A stretch of DNA of 64,000 bases. Origin: a bacterium. GTDB lineage: Bacteria; Zhuqueibacterota; Zhuqueibacteria; Residuimicrobiales; Krinioviventaceae. The stretch lies in NCBI GenBank assembly GCA_963674595.2, contig CAXXFV010000005.1, forward strand, positions 10,500 to 74,499, given 5' to 3'. The position numbers and the translations under genes were made by a program. Under the pieces are notes generated by a model. That model was not told where the DNA came from. It searched no databases and saw nothing but the letters and a program-made list of their open reading frames with translations. Positions 39,409-50,618 of this stretch are shown in pieces. Positions within the stretch are counted from its first letter, which is position 1. Every line of letters starts with the position of its first letter.

Positions 39409-40782
39409 TTATTCAAGTTCCTGAAAACAAATATCATTAAACCAGCTTTGTCCTGATCCTTGCTGATAAAGCAGCAAATGAACTCTGTCCGGTGCCGGTG
39501 AAATGGGCGGTGTTATAACAGATATTTTTTGCCGGACAACGGTACCGGTCAATTGTGTGTTGCTATTATATATTTCATAACTTTTTATGTCAAATACATC
39601 GCCGATTCCTGTTTTGTGCAGGCGAACGGCAATGCCGGTATGACCGCTAATATTTTCCGTACAAATATCACATGTCAACTGGTATCGTTTACCATCAATA
39701 AATGACGGCTGTCCGTAGGCCGGACCCAATGCTGTAAACTGCCAGATGGAATAAGTGTCCTGTTTATTGATTATTGTTAAAGATGGATTTGGGTTTTCAA
39801 GTTGGTCTTTATCGATAAATCCTTTGGCTGTATTTACCTCTGCATCTGAGGTGAATTCCCAGGGCCAGAGATCGCTGAGCTGGTCGGGATAGTCCAGAAT
39901 TGTTTTTGAAAAGTCATTGATGCCGTTTACGAATATGGGGAACTGTTCCAATTGTTTGATATTCGTCAGTTGGGCCTGTTTAAAATATGGTTGTGCCGTC
40001 GCTTTGTTTATGGAATAGATTTGAAACCCGGCTGAATAGGTGAGGGGGCCGACAAGATCAATATCGGTTTTGTCGCAAACTTTATAGCCAAAATGGGCGT
40101 CCCACATATAGGCGCATACACCGGCATGTACGGTTTTTTTCGATAAAAGCTGAAAAATCGGATTGTGTTCTTCATGCATCCACATAAACCGATTGTTTGA
40201 ATTTAGGATAATGTTGTTTTTATCATCTGTGGGCAGGTGGTGGTGAGGTATTTTGATGATTTTTTCACCGTTATCAACAACACACGCCTGATATTTTTTT
40301 TGCATACCGGATTTACTGTGAAAACAGTCCAACGGCCAAAAGTTGCAAAATTCCAGTTCCCCATGTGACGGATTGGCCTTGATATGCCATTTTGTATTAT
40401 CCGGTATTTCCAGCACAGCGTTTATGTGGTAAACATAGCTTGAAAATGTTTCCGAATAGTTTATTGTTACTTTATACTGACCGGACGCTGTTTTGGATTT
40501 GTTTTCGCCTGTTACCGTAAATATCGCGTGATCGTCATTTTGCTCGATCAATTTTAATTGAATGTTAGAACCCAGATTTCGGTCCGGATGCTGGTGTTCT
40601 GCATATTGCCACCAGTAAAGCGGCATGGGCACGTCCTTGCCGATGATTTCTTTAGTCATATCGCTCATAATCAGATATGAAAAACAACCTTTGGAAATAA
40701 CCGCTATTGTCCGCTCTTTGTGTTGTATCTCGGCCGAGTCTGTGGATTGTTGTTCAAATGTAAAATTACATTTTTTTTGCAT
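39409..40782 (-). CDS. Hypothetical protein, possible C-terminal carbohydrate-binding-like domain
   Basis: 457 aa, last gene of the sugar operon; C-terminal ...GSGQSWFNDI resembles beta-sandwich CBM ends. Confidence 0.55.
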   Translation of the reverse strand: MQKKCNFTFEQQSTDSAEIQHKERTIAVISKGCFSYLIMSDMTKEIIGKDVPMPLYWWQYAEHQHPDRNLGSNIQLKLIEQNDDHAIFTVTGENKSKTASGQYKVTINYSETFSSYVYHINAVLEIPDNTKWHIKANPSHGELEFCNFWPLDCFHSKSGMQKKYQACVVDNGEKIIKIPHHHLPTDDKNNIILNSNNRFMWMHEEHNPIFQLLSKKTVHAGVCAYMWDAHFGYKVCDKTDIDLVGPLTYSAGFQIYSINKATAQPYFKQAQLTNIKQLEQFPIFVNGINDFSKTILDYPDQLSDLWPWEFTSDAEVNTAKGFIDKDQLENPNPSLTIINKQDTYSIWQFTALGPAYGQPSFIDGKRYQLTCDICTENISGHTGIAVRLHKTGIGDVFDIKSYEIYNSNTQLTGTVVRQKISVITPPISPAPDRVHLLLYQQGSGQSWFNDICFQELE

Positions 40783-40785
40783 GGA

Positions 40786-41646
40786 TTAACCTCTTATACC
40801 GCCGACGTTAATTCCTTTCATAAAATGGCGCTGGGCCAAAAAGAATACGACAATATTGGGGATCAGGACGATAACCGAACCTGCCATAATAATATGCCAT
40901 TGAGTGGCGCCGGAACCGATAATTTGTGTCTTTAACAAATTGAGTCCCAGTGTCAACGTTGCTTTTTCAAATGAATTAATATAAATAAGCGGATTGAAAA
41001 AGTCGTTCCACACACCGATAAAGCTGAATACAATCACCGTGGCGATAGCCGTTTTTGCCATGGGAAGAATGATATTCCAATAGATTCGGAAACGTGAGGC
41101 CCCGTCGATAAGGGCCGCTTCATCGTATTCATAGGGTATATTGAGAAAAAATTGTCTGAGCAAAAAGATGTAAAAGGGTGATCCAAAAAAAGCAGGGACT
41201 ATGAGGGGGAGGAATGTATCGACCCAGCCCAGTTTGGAAAAAAGCACATAAAGGGGAATCATGGTTACCTGGCCCGGCAGCAGCATGGTTGCTATACAAA
41301 GGCCGAACAGTTTATTTTTTCCGACAAATTTTAAACGGGCAAAACCATAGGCAACCAAGGTGCTTGAAAAGACGGTTCCGAAAATAACGGAAAAGGTTAT
41401 AAGGACCGTATTAAAAAGATATTTTCCGAACGGCAGCAGCGTCATGGCATCGATATAGTTTTTCCATTGAAAATCTTTTGGTATCCATTGAAAGGGGATG
41501 GAGAAAATGGTGTTGCTGTTTTGAAAAGAGCATGAGAGCATCCACAATAATGGCGTGATAAAAACCAGCGCCATGACTGTCAATCCCAGGTATGCAAAAC
41601 CCAGGCTCACATATTGCAGTATTGGAGTTGATTCTTTTTTGATCAT
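40786..41646 (-). CDS. Carbohydrate ABC transporter permease (MalG-like)
   Basis: AYGFARL, EAALIDGAS EAA loop, WNDFFNPLIY. Confidence 0.93.
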   Translation of the reverse strand: MIKKESTPILQYVSLGFAYLGLTVMALVFITPLLWMLSCSFQNSNTIFSIPFQWIPKDFQWKNYIDAMTLLPFGKYLFNTVLITFSVIFGTVFSSTLVAYGFARLKFVGKNKLFGLCIATMLLPGQVTMIPLYVLFSKLGWVDTFLPLIVPAFFGSPFYIFLLRQFFLNIPYEYDEAALIDGASRFRIYWNIILPMAKTAIATVIVFSFIGVWNDFFNPLIYINSFEKATLTLGLNLLKTQIIGSGATQWHIIMAGSVIVLIPNIVVFFLAQRHFMKGINVGGIRG

Positions 41647-42581
41647 ACGCCTTTGTCCTTTGCTTCGTAATAAACCCATCGTTTTGACATGCTAAATTGA
41701 AAGATTGTAAAAACAAGAATAATGATAAAAAGCACCCAGGCTAAAGCGGATGCATAACCCATTTTAAACTGTTGAAATGCTTTTTTGTACAGATACAACA
41801 CGAAAAAGAGAGTTGAGTTGTTTGGTCCGCCTTCCTGACCCTGGTTGGAGGAGGCCGTCATAACAAAGGCCTGGGTAAAAACCTGAAACGAGCCGATCAT
41901 GTTCATCACCAGGTTGAAAAACAGGGCCGGTGAAATGAGCGGAATTGTTATATGTCTCAATTTCCTCCAGCGTCGGGCGCCGTCCAGTTCTGCCGCTTCG
42001 TATAATTCAGGGGGAATTCCCTGCAATGCCGCCAGATTAATGATCATGCCGCCGCCGATTCCCCAAAGCGACATGATGATAAGCGCCGGTTTTGACCATA
42101 TTTCGCTTTGCAGCCACAGGGGGCCGGTGATATGAAATATATCCAAAAATCTGTTAATCAGACCGAATTCCGGGTTGAAAATCCACATCCACAAAATCGA
42201 TACAGCAACAAGATTCGTTACGGATGGTAAAAAATAAACCGTACGAAAAATGGATATCCCTTTTAATTTTTGGTTCAGCATAAGCGCCAACACCAGCGAT
42301 AAAAGAACACCTGTGGGAACGGAAAATAATACATAATAGGCTGTGTTCCACAGACTTTTGTAAACCAACGGATCGTCTGTAAATACCTGTTTATAGTTAT
42401 CAAAACCGATCCACTGGGGCGGAGATAATAACGACCAGCGTGTGAAACTCATATAGAGCGATATCAGAATAGGACCGGCTGTCAAAAAAACAAATCCGAT
42501 GAGCCAGGGCGAAATGTACAGATACCCTTCCAGATTTTGTTTTAATGTGATGGTTGGTTTGGAGGATTTCCTGAAAATCAT
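41643..42581 (-). CDS. Carbohydrate ABC transporter permease (MalF-like)
   Basis: WIGFDNY, FRTVYFLPS, ELYEAAELDGA, MGYASALAW. Confidence 0.93.
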   Translation of the reverse strand: MIFRKSSKPTITLKQNLEGYLYISPWLIGFVFLTAGPILISLYMSFTRWSLLSPPQWIGFDNYKQVFTDDPLVYKSLWNTAYYVLFSVPTGVLLSLVLALMLNQKLKGISIFRTVYFLPSVTNLVAVSILWMWIFNPEFGLINRFLDIFHITGPLWLQSEIWSKPALIIMSLWGIGGGMIINLAALQGIPPELYEAAELDGARRWRKLRHITIPLISPALFFNLVMNMIGSFQVFTQAFVMTASSNQGQEGGPNNSTLFFVLYLYKKAFQQFKMGYASALAWVLFIIILVFTIFQFSMSKRWVYYEAKDKGV

Positions 42582-45106
42582 TATAAAGCCTCGTAAATAA
42601 TTCGCAAATTGTGTGTGCCGTTCAATTCGAATTGATGAAAAATTTCAGTTTTTTGCGGCTGAGAATCAAACAGGAATTGATCATCCAGATGGACCGTAAA
42701 TGCAACATCAGATTGTATGACCATATCTGTTAAACCATAGCCGTTTACTTGCACCATTAGATTATTATCAGAATGAGTGATATTTAAAATTTCAGCGCCC
42801 CATAATGCTTTGAGTACAGGATGGGGTGGTTTTGTTGTTGTTCGGACAAGTACCAAATCATGTGGACCGGGCGTATAAAATTCCCTGGGGATTTTGTAAC
42901 AGCCTTTAATAACATGATTATCAACGCGTATTTCTTTAATATAATTTCCCTGACCGGATTTTGATACGTTCCATTTTCCTTTTCGGAAGGACAGGTTTTT
43001 TAAAGTCACCTCCGGTACATCGCCGGTGCTGTGGCAGGTTATGCCGCCCAAATCACATTCAACCCCTGTCATGGCATCAATGATGGCCTGATACCAACCG
43101 ACCGAACAGTTCAGGTTCCAGGCGGCCCCGTGTCGTGACCATTTTTTATCCGGGGGCGTGTTTGTGTCTGTAAATTCGGGACAATAACCAAGTGATGTAT
43201 AGGCATCGTTTACGGTTTCAAACCATTTGCCGACAGCCGTGGTCCCGGACGTTTGTGATAACAGCTTTAATGCCGGGTAATCCCAATGCGGATACCAGGC
43301 CGACATGACCGGTTCACTGGTGTGGAACACGTCCCATTCCGGTGTTTGCTGAATGCCCTGTTCTGTTATCAGTAATTTTGATATAAAGTCAGCACATTGA
43401 TGGATTTTGTCTTTTAATAAATAATAACCAAAAGCTGATTCCATGAATAAAAATGAAAATAGCGGGTAACTTTTGACCTGGGGAATTTTGTTTTTATCAA
43501 CCGAATCAAACAAAAATCCTTTTTCATCGTCCCAAAAGAGGTTAAAATTTGCTTCTATCTTTTTTGCCATTTGGTTTGCCTGACTGGCGGTACGGTCGTC
43601 TTTGAGCAGCCGGGCAATTTTTTCCATGTTGCGGCAAAAGCAATACCAGGCGCCGGCATCAATGGCAACATAGCCGTCTTCCGAACGTCCCATTTTTTGC
43701 GGTAAATCAGGATACATGCCGATTGTTTTATACAAACCGTTTTCATCAGACCGGTTTACAAGCGTTGTAAAAGCATGGAAAAGTACCGGATAGTTTGAAT
43801 AGAGTATTTGCGTATCCAGCGTTTCAGCATAATAGCCGAGAACCAGATTGGAGAACAGAAAATCCAGTGCGCCGATACCCCGGGTGTCCATGGCCTGCAA
43901 ATCCCGTGTCCAGCGGCCCGGAATGGCCCCGTCCGTGTCCCGGTGAATGCGGACAAAATCAATCACTGATTTCATCAGGTCCAGATTTCCCCACCGGGCC
44001 AGGGCCGCCGCTGTCACCAGGTTGTCCCAGGCCCAGATCCAGTAATAGGTACCCGGACAGGCCCGGGTCATGCCGGTATTACGGACATGGGCGGATTGAA
44101 CGATTTGCGGCGTTTTATCAAAAAATTGAGAGACACCTTTTTTATCGCACTCTATTTGCGGAATGGTTGCCGCCAGGTTTTTATAGCGTTTTTTTTGCCT
44201 GGCTGATACTTTTTTATGTGTACGGTCCGGCTTTTTGTTTGTTTGATTGAACGGCTGATTGGAAGAAAAGCTCAGGATAAAATCATCACTTTGCCATAAA
44301 TCCGTTTTATGCTGCTTCATGCCATTGTAAAAACCGGTCCATTGTCCGTCGATTGATATCTTGTTGAATTGGCGGTATTTCAAAAATACATACGTATCGG
44401 CCTGATAGATATTTAATTCCGAATGCTGGTATTCGGCCCAGACATCTTTCATTCTACCCAAACCGGATACGAACCGCGTTTTAAAGATCAGTTTTCTCCA
44501 TCCCTCGGGAATGAGAAAATCTCCCTGATAATCACCTGTTCGCTGCAGCCATTTGTCCAGTTGTATTTTTTCAGTCGATTTAAAAACATCAACCTTTTTC
44601 GTGGTTTCTGCGAGTTGAGTCCAGCTCCGGTCGCCATGGATTTCCGTTGACAGGGCCTGGTTGTTAAACAAAATATAAAATTTGGGCGCTGATTCGGATT
44701 TGTTTTTATTTTTAAACCGAGCGGTTATATAAAGTGAATCCTTGTACAGGGTTATTTTGATCTGTAACGTTCCCTGGTCAAATTTTTGCCGTATCATCGT
44801 TCCGTATACGGAGGTGTAAATTTCTGCCTTTTCAAACGATACAGGATATTCCTTGTTGCCTGTTTTTATTTTGAACGTCAGGACGCCTTTGGGATGCTGC
44901 AATATTTTGGCGTTTCTGCTGACCGGCTGTGAACCATGAAAATCGATTTGCTCAAGTCCGTTGCAGGCAAGGGAAAGACACGCTGAAATTCGGTCGTCGG
45001 ACATCCAGCAGTTTTTGTCAATTGTATCGGATAGATTGGTTTTTGTAAATATCAACACAGCCTCGTTATTTTTAATACAACTCTTTCGGTGTAAAGAACG
45101 GATCAC
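42581..45106 (-). CDS. Putative (alpha/alpha)6-barrel glycoside hydrolase
   Basis: YYWIWAWDNL motif, FWDDEKG, GYCPEF; located in a sugar ABC operon. Confidence 0.6.
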   Translation of the reverse strand: MIRSLHRKSCIKNNEAVLIFTKTNLSDTIDKNCWMSDDRISACLSLACNGLEQIDFHGSQPVSRNAKILQHPKGVLTFKIKTGNKEYPVSFEKAEIYTSVYGTMIRQKFDQGTLQIKITLYKDSLYITARFKNKNKSESAPKFYILFNNQALSTEIHGDRSWTQLAETTKKVDVFKSTEKIQLDKWLQRTGDYQGDFLIPEGWRKLIFKTRFVSGLGRMKDVWAEYQHSELNIYQADTYVFLKYRQFNKISIDGQWTGFYNGMKQHKTDLWQSDDFILSFSSNQPFNQTNKKPDRTHKKVSARQKKRYKNLAATIPQIECDKKGVSQFFDKTPQIVQSAHVRNTGMTRACPGTYYWIWAWDNLVTAAALARWGNLDLMKSVIDFVRIHRDTDGAIPGRWTRDLQAMDTRGIGALDFLFSNLVLGYYAETLDTQILYSNYPVLFHAFTTLVNRSDENGLYKTIGMYPDLPQKMGRSEDGYVAIDAGAWYCFCRNMEKIARLLKDDRTASQANQMAKKIEANFNLFWDDEKGFLFDSVDKNKIPQVKSYPLFSFLFMESAFGYYLLKDKIHQCADFISKLLITEQGIQQTPEWDVFHTSEPVMSAWYPHWDYPALKLLSQTSGTTAVGKWFETVNDAYTSLGYCPEFTDTNTPPDKKWSRHGAAWNLNCSVGWYQAIIDAMTGVECDLGGITCHSTGDVPEVTLKNLSFRKGKWNVSKSGQGNYIKEIRVDNHVIKGCYKIPREFYTPGPHDLVLVRTTTKPPHPVLKALWGAEILNITHSDNNLMVQVNGYGLTDMVIQSDVAFTVHLDDQFLFDSQPQKTEIFHQFELNGTHNLRIIYEAL

Positions 45107-46913
45107 TATTTTCAGGCGCTTTAATTGTCAGGTGTTGAATGTTTTCCGGGATATTATTAAAAGTGCGGCTTTCAATACGTTCCGCCAGGGGATCGTAACA
45201 GAATTTCATATCAAAATCTGGATTTTGCATTTGTATACATCGCGTAAAAGGCTTATTTATCTCGTCAGTCACTTTTGTCTGTTCCAGTAAAGATGCCGCC
45301 TTTTTATTGTCTGAATTTTCAAGAATGCAGGCAAAACCGTTAAAAGTTTGGCTTATTTGTGCTTTGGTAAAATCTTTACGTGCCCCTTTAAAATTATAAA
45401 AAGAAATGATAAACAGTTTACCGGTGCTCCATAATCTCACGCTGCCCGGATAGTTTTCCAGCGGCGTAATATTTAAGGGGAAAATTATAAAATTGGTATT
45501 GTAATCACGAATCAGAATATGATTGACGGATTTACATGTAAATGGAAATTTTTTAACCGGCCGGTCATTAATTTGAACGTAATCAAAGGATTTGTTATAG
45601 GTAAAAATAATATCCAACCGTATTTCAGTTACATTTTTATGTCCGACTCTTTTTGGTGTATAGGCGACAATGGCCTTGTTTTGATGCTGATAGGTAAATA
45701 CCCTGCCTTCTTCGTAAAGATAATCTTTTGAACCCTGATAATTAGAAACATGGCAAAAGTTGGCCTGTCCGGCTGTGGAACCGTTATAAACCATGCGTGA
45801 ATAAACACCGCGAAAATCTTTAACATGGTGGATTGATTTGTTACATCGAATGCGGACCGAAAAAGAATCGGTTTGCGCGGCATTAACATAGGGCCTGGAA
45901 GCCGTACCCATACAAAATTCGTCTGTTAAATAACTCGTTAAATCGCCCCAGCCGCCGGGATAAATATCCGGATAAAAAGATGATTTTTGTTGGTAGATTA
46001 AATTTTCATGATACTGTTCGCAATAGGTGGTTTTTTGAACATAATAGGGCAAAGGCTTTTCAAAGGCCATTTTTTTCATTTTTGGGGGAAGATGGAAATC
46101 CAGCAAAGCTATAAAAGCGTTTTCGATAAGCGCAGAGGGATGGACATACTGGACCGGTAAATCCGGGTCCAGGAATATATCTTTATCAAGTGCATAGCCA
46201 AAGGTACAGTGCAGGGCTGAAAAACCTCCCAGGGAATCTTCGCTGTAGGCCCTTGAAAACGGACCACAAAATTGCTGTGTTGGTTCGTGCCAATGCATGG
46301 CTACATTCAACCATAATTTTTGTTCGATCAACAGCGCCAGTTCACGGGCATTTTTATCTTGCGCATATTCGGCAATAATGGATAAAAACCAGAGCGTTAA
46401 CGCCGTATAGGTGGGACTGTTATATTCCGACATTTCCGCCTGTTTAAGCGGGCCGTGCTGTCTTTTGCAGGTGGATTTGTAAAATTGTTCCAGTTGTTGC
46501 ATGCCGAATTGGGTATAAACTTTATCATCAAATAATTCACCGCAGCAAATCAGGGCGGCAAACGCGGCCACCGGATGATTGACATTCCCTTCGGAAAATC
46601 TGACTGTTGAAGCAATAGAGAGATTATTTTTCATCTCTTTTTTAATATGGGATATACAGGATTTTGTCAACCGGTGCTGTAATTTTTTATGGATAACATA
46701 AAGCGTACAGGGAGAATGGGTGCCGTCGTTAAAAGAGAGTTGTGATAATAATTCATTTCCGAATTTTTGGTCTGCTTTTTCATCGCTCATAAGCAAGGTA
46801 ATGGCATACCATGCCGTTTCCCGGGGTATCAAACAGAGTTTGGTTTCCGGATCGTAATATTTTTCCGCCTCTTTACGCGCACCGGATAAAAGCCATTCTT
46901 TATTTACTTTCAA
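45072..46913 (-). CDS. Hypothetical carbohydrate-active protein (alpha-toroid/lyase-like)
   Basis: NVNHP, SEYNSPTY, GPFSRAY motifs seen in uncharacterised proteins of sugar operons. Confidence 0.55.
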   Translation of the reverse strand: MKVNKEWLLSGARKEAEKYYDPETKLCLIPRETAWYAITLLMSDEKADQKFGNELLSQLSFNDGTHSPCTLYVIHKKLQHRLTKSCISHIKKEMKNNLSIASTVRFSEGNVNHPVAAFAALICCGELFDDKVYTQFGMQQLEQFYKSTCKRQHGPLKQAEMSEYNSPTYTALTLWFLSIIAEYAQDKNARELALLIEQKLWLNVAMHWHEPTQQFCGPFSRAYSEDSLGGFSALHCTFGYALDKDIFLDPDLPVQYVHPSALIENAFIALLDFHLPPKMKKMAFEKPLPYYVQKTTYCEQYHENLIYQQKSSFYPDIYPGGWGDLTSYLTDEFCMGTASRPYVNAAQTDSFSVRIRCNKSIHHVKDFRGVYSRMVYNGSTAGQANFCHVSNYQGSKDYLYEEGRVFTYQHQNKAIVAYTPKRVGHKNVTEIRLDIIFTYNKSFDYVQINDRPVKKFPFTCKSVNHILIRDYNTNFIIFPLNITPLENYPGSVRLWSTGKLFIISFYNFKGARKDFTKAQISQTFNGFACILENSDNKKAASLLEQTKVTDEINKPFTRCIQMQNPDFDMKFCYDPLAERIESRTFNNIPENIQHLTIKAPENSDPFFTPKELY

Positions 46914-49248
46914 AAATTAATTCCTCTTTTTGGTCATGAAAATAGAGTGTAATTGTTTTAGTAGGTTCTTTTGATGTTATTTCACATTTATACCGGGTCG
47001 GTTTTAATGTGATCATGACCAGAAAAGTAACGTTGTTACCGGTGTGGTCAAGTTTTAAAAAATAGTCTCTTTTGCCTGGATTCGGATAGGCCGGTACAAA
47101 TTCGGACAAGCCGGTTTGATAGCCGGGAGCATCAGGGCTTAAACAGGTGATATTGACGGATTTTTTGTTTGTTAACTGAAATGATAACGAATTTTTTTTA
47201 ATCATTTCAATAGGAGAGTAAGAGTGGATGTTCCACTCAATGTGCCGCTCTTTATCGAGTTCGATTTGGTCATAGATAAGAAAAACATCCGGTTTGAGAT
47301 AAATAAAATCACGATGGAATTTTATTAAACCCAGATGGTCAGGGTAAATATGGGTCAGGTCCGTATGCACTCTTTCGGTGTGTTTTGTGCTTTTCTCCTG
47401 GACCGTGGTTGGGAAATGCCGGTCCGGGATAAATTCAGGGGCCCACACCATTTTATCGCCTATTTGTCCGCACCCGTTCAAGGTCACCGTGTTATGCAGG
47501 CCGGTTTCTCTTTTATAAACAGGTCCGGGCCCGCAAATAAACAGGTCGTTATCATCACAAATAAGAAACGCTCCCTGGGCCGGATCGCTGTGTCCGTATC
47601 CGCTCCATTCGCCCCACTGCTGTCTCTGACTGCCAAGCATGGAGCCGGAACGAAACGTGGCCGTTATGTTTTTATGATGTACAATATCTTTCCAAAAAAT
47701 TTGACCGCCATCGGGAAAATAGAATGTGTTTTTATTGGCAGGTTTGCTTTTAATATCGTGATTAAAAAACAGATACTCCCACACACGTCTGCGGGGCGGC
47801 GTGTTGCGAAAATCTACAGAGCCGGTTTCAACCGGTTCCAGGTGTTTGGCCAGCCATTGAGCCTGGTTTGACCCTGTTCTGGAAGCAATGAGATAATGCA
47901 TCCAGGCATCTCCGCTGACCCGATATTGCGGATCGCCAAATGTAATGCCGTGTTTTTTATCCGGGCTCAGCGAGGCCCATCGAAACAGGGATGCATTCAG
48001 CCAATAGCGGCTTTCGGACCATAAATCGATTCCCGTACATTGTTTAAGCAATTCCAGATAACGTAACAGGAAGGTATGTTCATAAATCCACAAATTAATG
48101 CCGTGGGGATAAAAACCGTCTTGCGGCAGCATTTTTATGACGTGTTTGAAAACCGCGACCAGGTATTTTATCCATTCCATGGCCCTTGGATGTTCCTGCC
48201 AAAAGAGAAAAGAAAATGCCAGCAATCCATGACTGCACCCTAAAAAATGGGCCTGACCATAATCGTAACGGTTATAGCCCAAATGCTGCCATACTTTGTC
48301 AGCAACCTGAAATAATTTTTGTTTGTTCGCTGCTTTTATCTTTTCCGGCAAGTGATCGTATAACCAGTCATATCCTATACATAATGTAAAAAGACATTCC
48401 CCTGACTGGGTATCGATATTCATTGGTTCATATTGCGGCGACAAGGCCAGATCCAGCAAATGTTCCCAGGCGTGTAATGCTTTGTTTATGGAAGCTTTTT
48501 CTTGTGACAGCAACGCATGAAAAGCATTAACCACTACCCGGTCCATTTCGTTGAGACGTTCGGGGCCGTCCAAAGTTTTGCTTTCGGGTGTCAGTTTAAA
48601 GGGAATGGACTGGTTGTTCAGCAGCTTTTCTATTTTTTGCCATATCTCTTTATGAGTTGTATGTTTTTGCTTTTTCAATAAAGAAAGTTGCTCTTTTGAA
48701 AAAAGTAATCTGGGATAGGATACCGGCAGATTATTTAAAGGTTCGGTTTGAGATATTAAGTCTAGGTATTTTGGATTTTTGTAGAATGAAATTTCCAGCG
48801 GTGAAAATTCTTTTTCCGGTATTTGCAGAATGATACAATTATCCTTAACCTTGTCGATTTTTGTATAAAATAAAATTCGGCAGGTATTTGTATATTCTTC
48901 ATCTCCCCAAAAATTATACAATCCCTTTACTTTTTTATGATTGTGGACAAGATAAATATCCGGCATTTCAGGAATGCCTCTCCAACCCGGCCAGGGCCCT
49001 GTTTTGATGCCGGGTGGAGATAATTTGAAATCCATTTCGGAAAAAACCAGCTTGTCCAATTCTTCAAGGGATTCTTTTGATTGATGGCGCATATAACAAC
49101 AGTGCTTTACCAACGGATATTCGTTTGTTTTTATGACAAGGTGAATACCATAGTAACCTGCCTGAAGGTCTGGAAGTTTTACCGAAACATGGGATCCTTT
49201 GTCCGATTTCGGTATATTTATTTTAACATGATATTTACTTTTGGGCAT
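46900..49248 (-). CDS. Heparinase II/III-like polysaccharide lyase
   Basis: YPRLLF, GYDWLY, DGFYPHGINLW, GHSDPAQGAF, HNTVTLNG, FHRDFIYL...IYDQI. Confidence 0.75.
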   Translation of the reverse strand: MPKSKYHVKINIPKSDKGSHVSVKLPDLQAGYYGIHLVIKTNEYPLVKHCCYMRHQSKESLEELDKLVFSEMDFKLSPPGIKTGPWPGWRGIPEMPDIYLVHNHKKVKGLYNFWGDEEYTNTCRILFYTKIDKVKDNCIILQIPEKEFSPLEISFYKNPKYLDLISQTEPLNNLPVSYPRLLFSKEQLSLLKKQKHTTHKEIWQKIEKLLNNQSIPFKLTPESKTLDGPERLNEMDRVVVNAFHALLSQEKASINKALHAWEHLLDLALSPQYEPMNIDTQSGECLFTLCIGYDWLYDHLPEKIKAANKQKLFQVADKVWQHLGYNRYDYGQAHFLGCSHGLLAFSFLFWQEHPRAMEWIKYLVAVFKHVIKMLPQDGFYPHGINLWIYEHTFLLRYLELLKQCTGIDLWSESRYWLNASLFRWASLSPDKKHGITFGDPQYRVSGDAWMHYLIASRTGSNQAQWLAKHLEPVETGSVDFRNTPPRRRVWEYLFFNHDIKSKPANKNTFYFPDGGQIFWKDIVHHKNITATFRSGSMLGSQRQQWGEWSGYGHSDPAQGAFLICDDNDLFICGPGPVYKRETGLHNTVTLNGCGQIGDKMVWAPEFIPDRHFPTTVQEKSTKHTERVHTDLTHIYPDHLGLIKFHRDFIYLKPDVFLIYDQIELDKERHIEWNIHSYSPIEMIKKNSLSFQLTNKKSVNITCLSPDAPGYQTGLSEFVPAYPNPGKRDYFLKLDHTGNNVTFLVMITLKPTRYKCEITSKEPTKTITLYFHDQKEELIFESK

Positions 49249-49252
49249 AGTC

Positions 49253-50602
49253 TTATTGTGGAATTTGTTCGGTTTTCAACTGTTCCTGTATTTTTTGACG
49301 GAACTCGGGTTTAAGTCCGGGATTGGCCAGAAAAAAATCCAGTTCTTTGAGAACCTTTTTATTAATTTCCTGTTCGGAATTTATAATATCGGCTAATTCC
49401 AGTTTCCCGGCATAATACATGTCCATTTTGGGGCCTAACTGTTCGAGAATGGTCTGACTCGTCCAGGAAGAGTATCTGACAAAATTACGCTTGTCGCCGC
49501 CGTCATACTTTTCCGATAATTCCCATACCTGTCTAAAATTTTTCTTTGCCAGTTCCGGGTATTTGTTTTCATAAGCGTCGACAAAATTGTTGCTTAATAT
49601 GGGATTCGGTGTATTGTATTCGGACTTTGTTACCAGCCATTTAATCGTCTGCCAGGCTTCCTTCGGGTGTTCACAGGACGAACTGACGGACAAGCCGCCG
49701 GATGCGGAACGAAAGTATGACGGTTTTTTGTTTTTAAATCGGGGAATAGGCGCAACATCCCAGTCTATGGTTAAGGACTGTATAAAATCCAGATTCGGCA
49801 CGGCTTCAACAATCATGGCAACTTTGCCGGTATTCAGCATCTGCGAAAATTGCATGCCCTGGGCCTGGGTAAATGCCAGTGACGGCATAACCTGATATTT
49901 ATTCATCAAGTCCATGTACTTTTGCTGGACCTCGGCCGCCTCTTTTGGAACAGAGAAAAACAGCGGATTGGCTTGCTGGTAGGCGCCGTTCATTTGTTCA
50001 AATGCAGAGATAAAATGTCTGGCAATGAAAACACCATACTGGTCTGTTTTGCCGTCGTTATCCAGGTCTTTGGTCAGTTTTTTGGCTTTATCCAGCATAT
50101 CTGCCCAGGTCCATGAGGAATCCGGAAGGGAGACATTGTATTTTTCAAATAATGTTTTGTTGTAATAAAAGCCATAGGTAAACGTCCAGTCACAAAACTG
50201 GTACCAGCCGTTATCAATGGATTGGCCCCGTTTTAAATAGATGGGATTGATAATGTTTAAAATAGAATCACCGGCGGCAATGGTATTCAAATCCAACAGT
50301 CTGCCTTCGGCGGCCAGTCTGTCTTTAATGACCGAATTTGTGTAAAATATATCCGGCGGAGACCCGGCCGACATCATGGCATAAAGTTTTTCCTGTCCGG
50401 AAAAAGGAATGAGGCGCACCTTGATCCCGGATTGTTCCGTGAACTGCGGAAGTGATTGACGCAGGGATTTCAGCAAATTGGCGTTAGCCGGTACGTTCAG
50501 TGTAATTTCTATAGTTCCGGCATCATTTCCTGAATTGCAAAACAGGAATAATGAAAAGGACAAAAATAGTAAAGGGATCAATAATTTTTTAAACACAAGC
50601 AC
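49253..50602 (-). CDS. Sugar ABC transporter substrate-binding (lipo)protein
   Basis: Signal with Cys (LFLFC), PPDIF, YYNKTLF, WTWADML, GKVAM, WDVAPIP. Confidence 0.9.
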   Translation of the reverse strand: MLVFKKLLIPLLFLSFSLFLFCNSGNDAGTIEITLNVPANANLLKSLRQSLPQFTEQSGIKVRLIPFSGQEKLYAMMSAGSPPDIFYTNSVIKDRLAAEGRLLDLNTIAAGDSILNIINPIYLKRGQSIDNGWYQFCDWTFTYGFYYNKTLFEKYNVSLPDSSWTWADMLDKAKKLTKDLDNDGKTDQYGVFIARHFISAFEQMNGAYQQANPLFFSVPKEAAEVQQKYMDLMNKYQVMPSLAFTQAQGMQFSQMLNTGKVAMIVEAVPNLDFIQSLTIDWDVAPIPRFKNKKPSYFRSASGGLSVSSSCEHPKEAWQTIKWLVTKSEYNTPNPILSNNFVDAYENKYPELAKKNFRQVWELSEKYDGGDKRNFVRYSSWTSQTILEQLGPKMDMYYAGKLELADIINSEQEINKKVLKELDFFLANPGLKPEFRQKIQEQLKTEQIPQ

Positions 50603-50618
50603 CTCCGGTTTTATATCA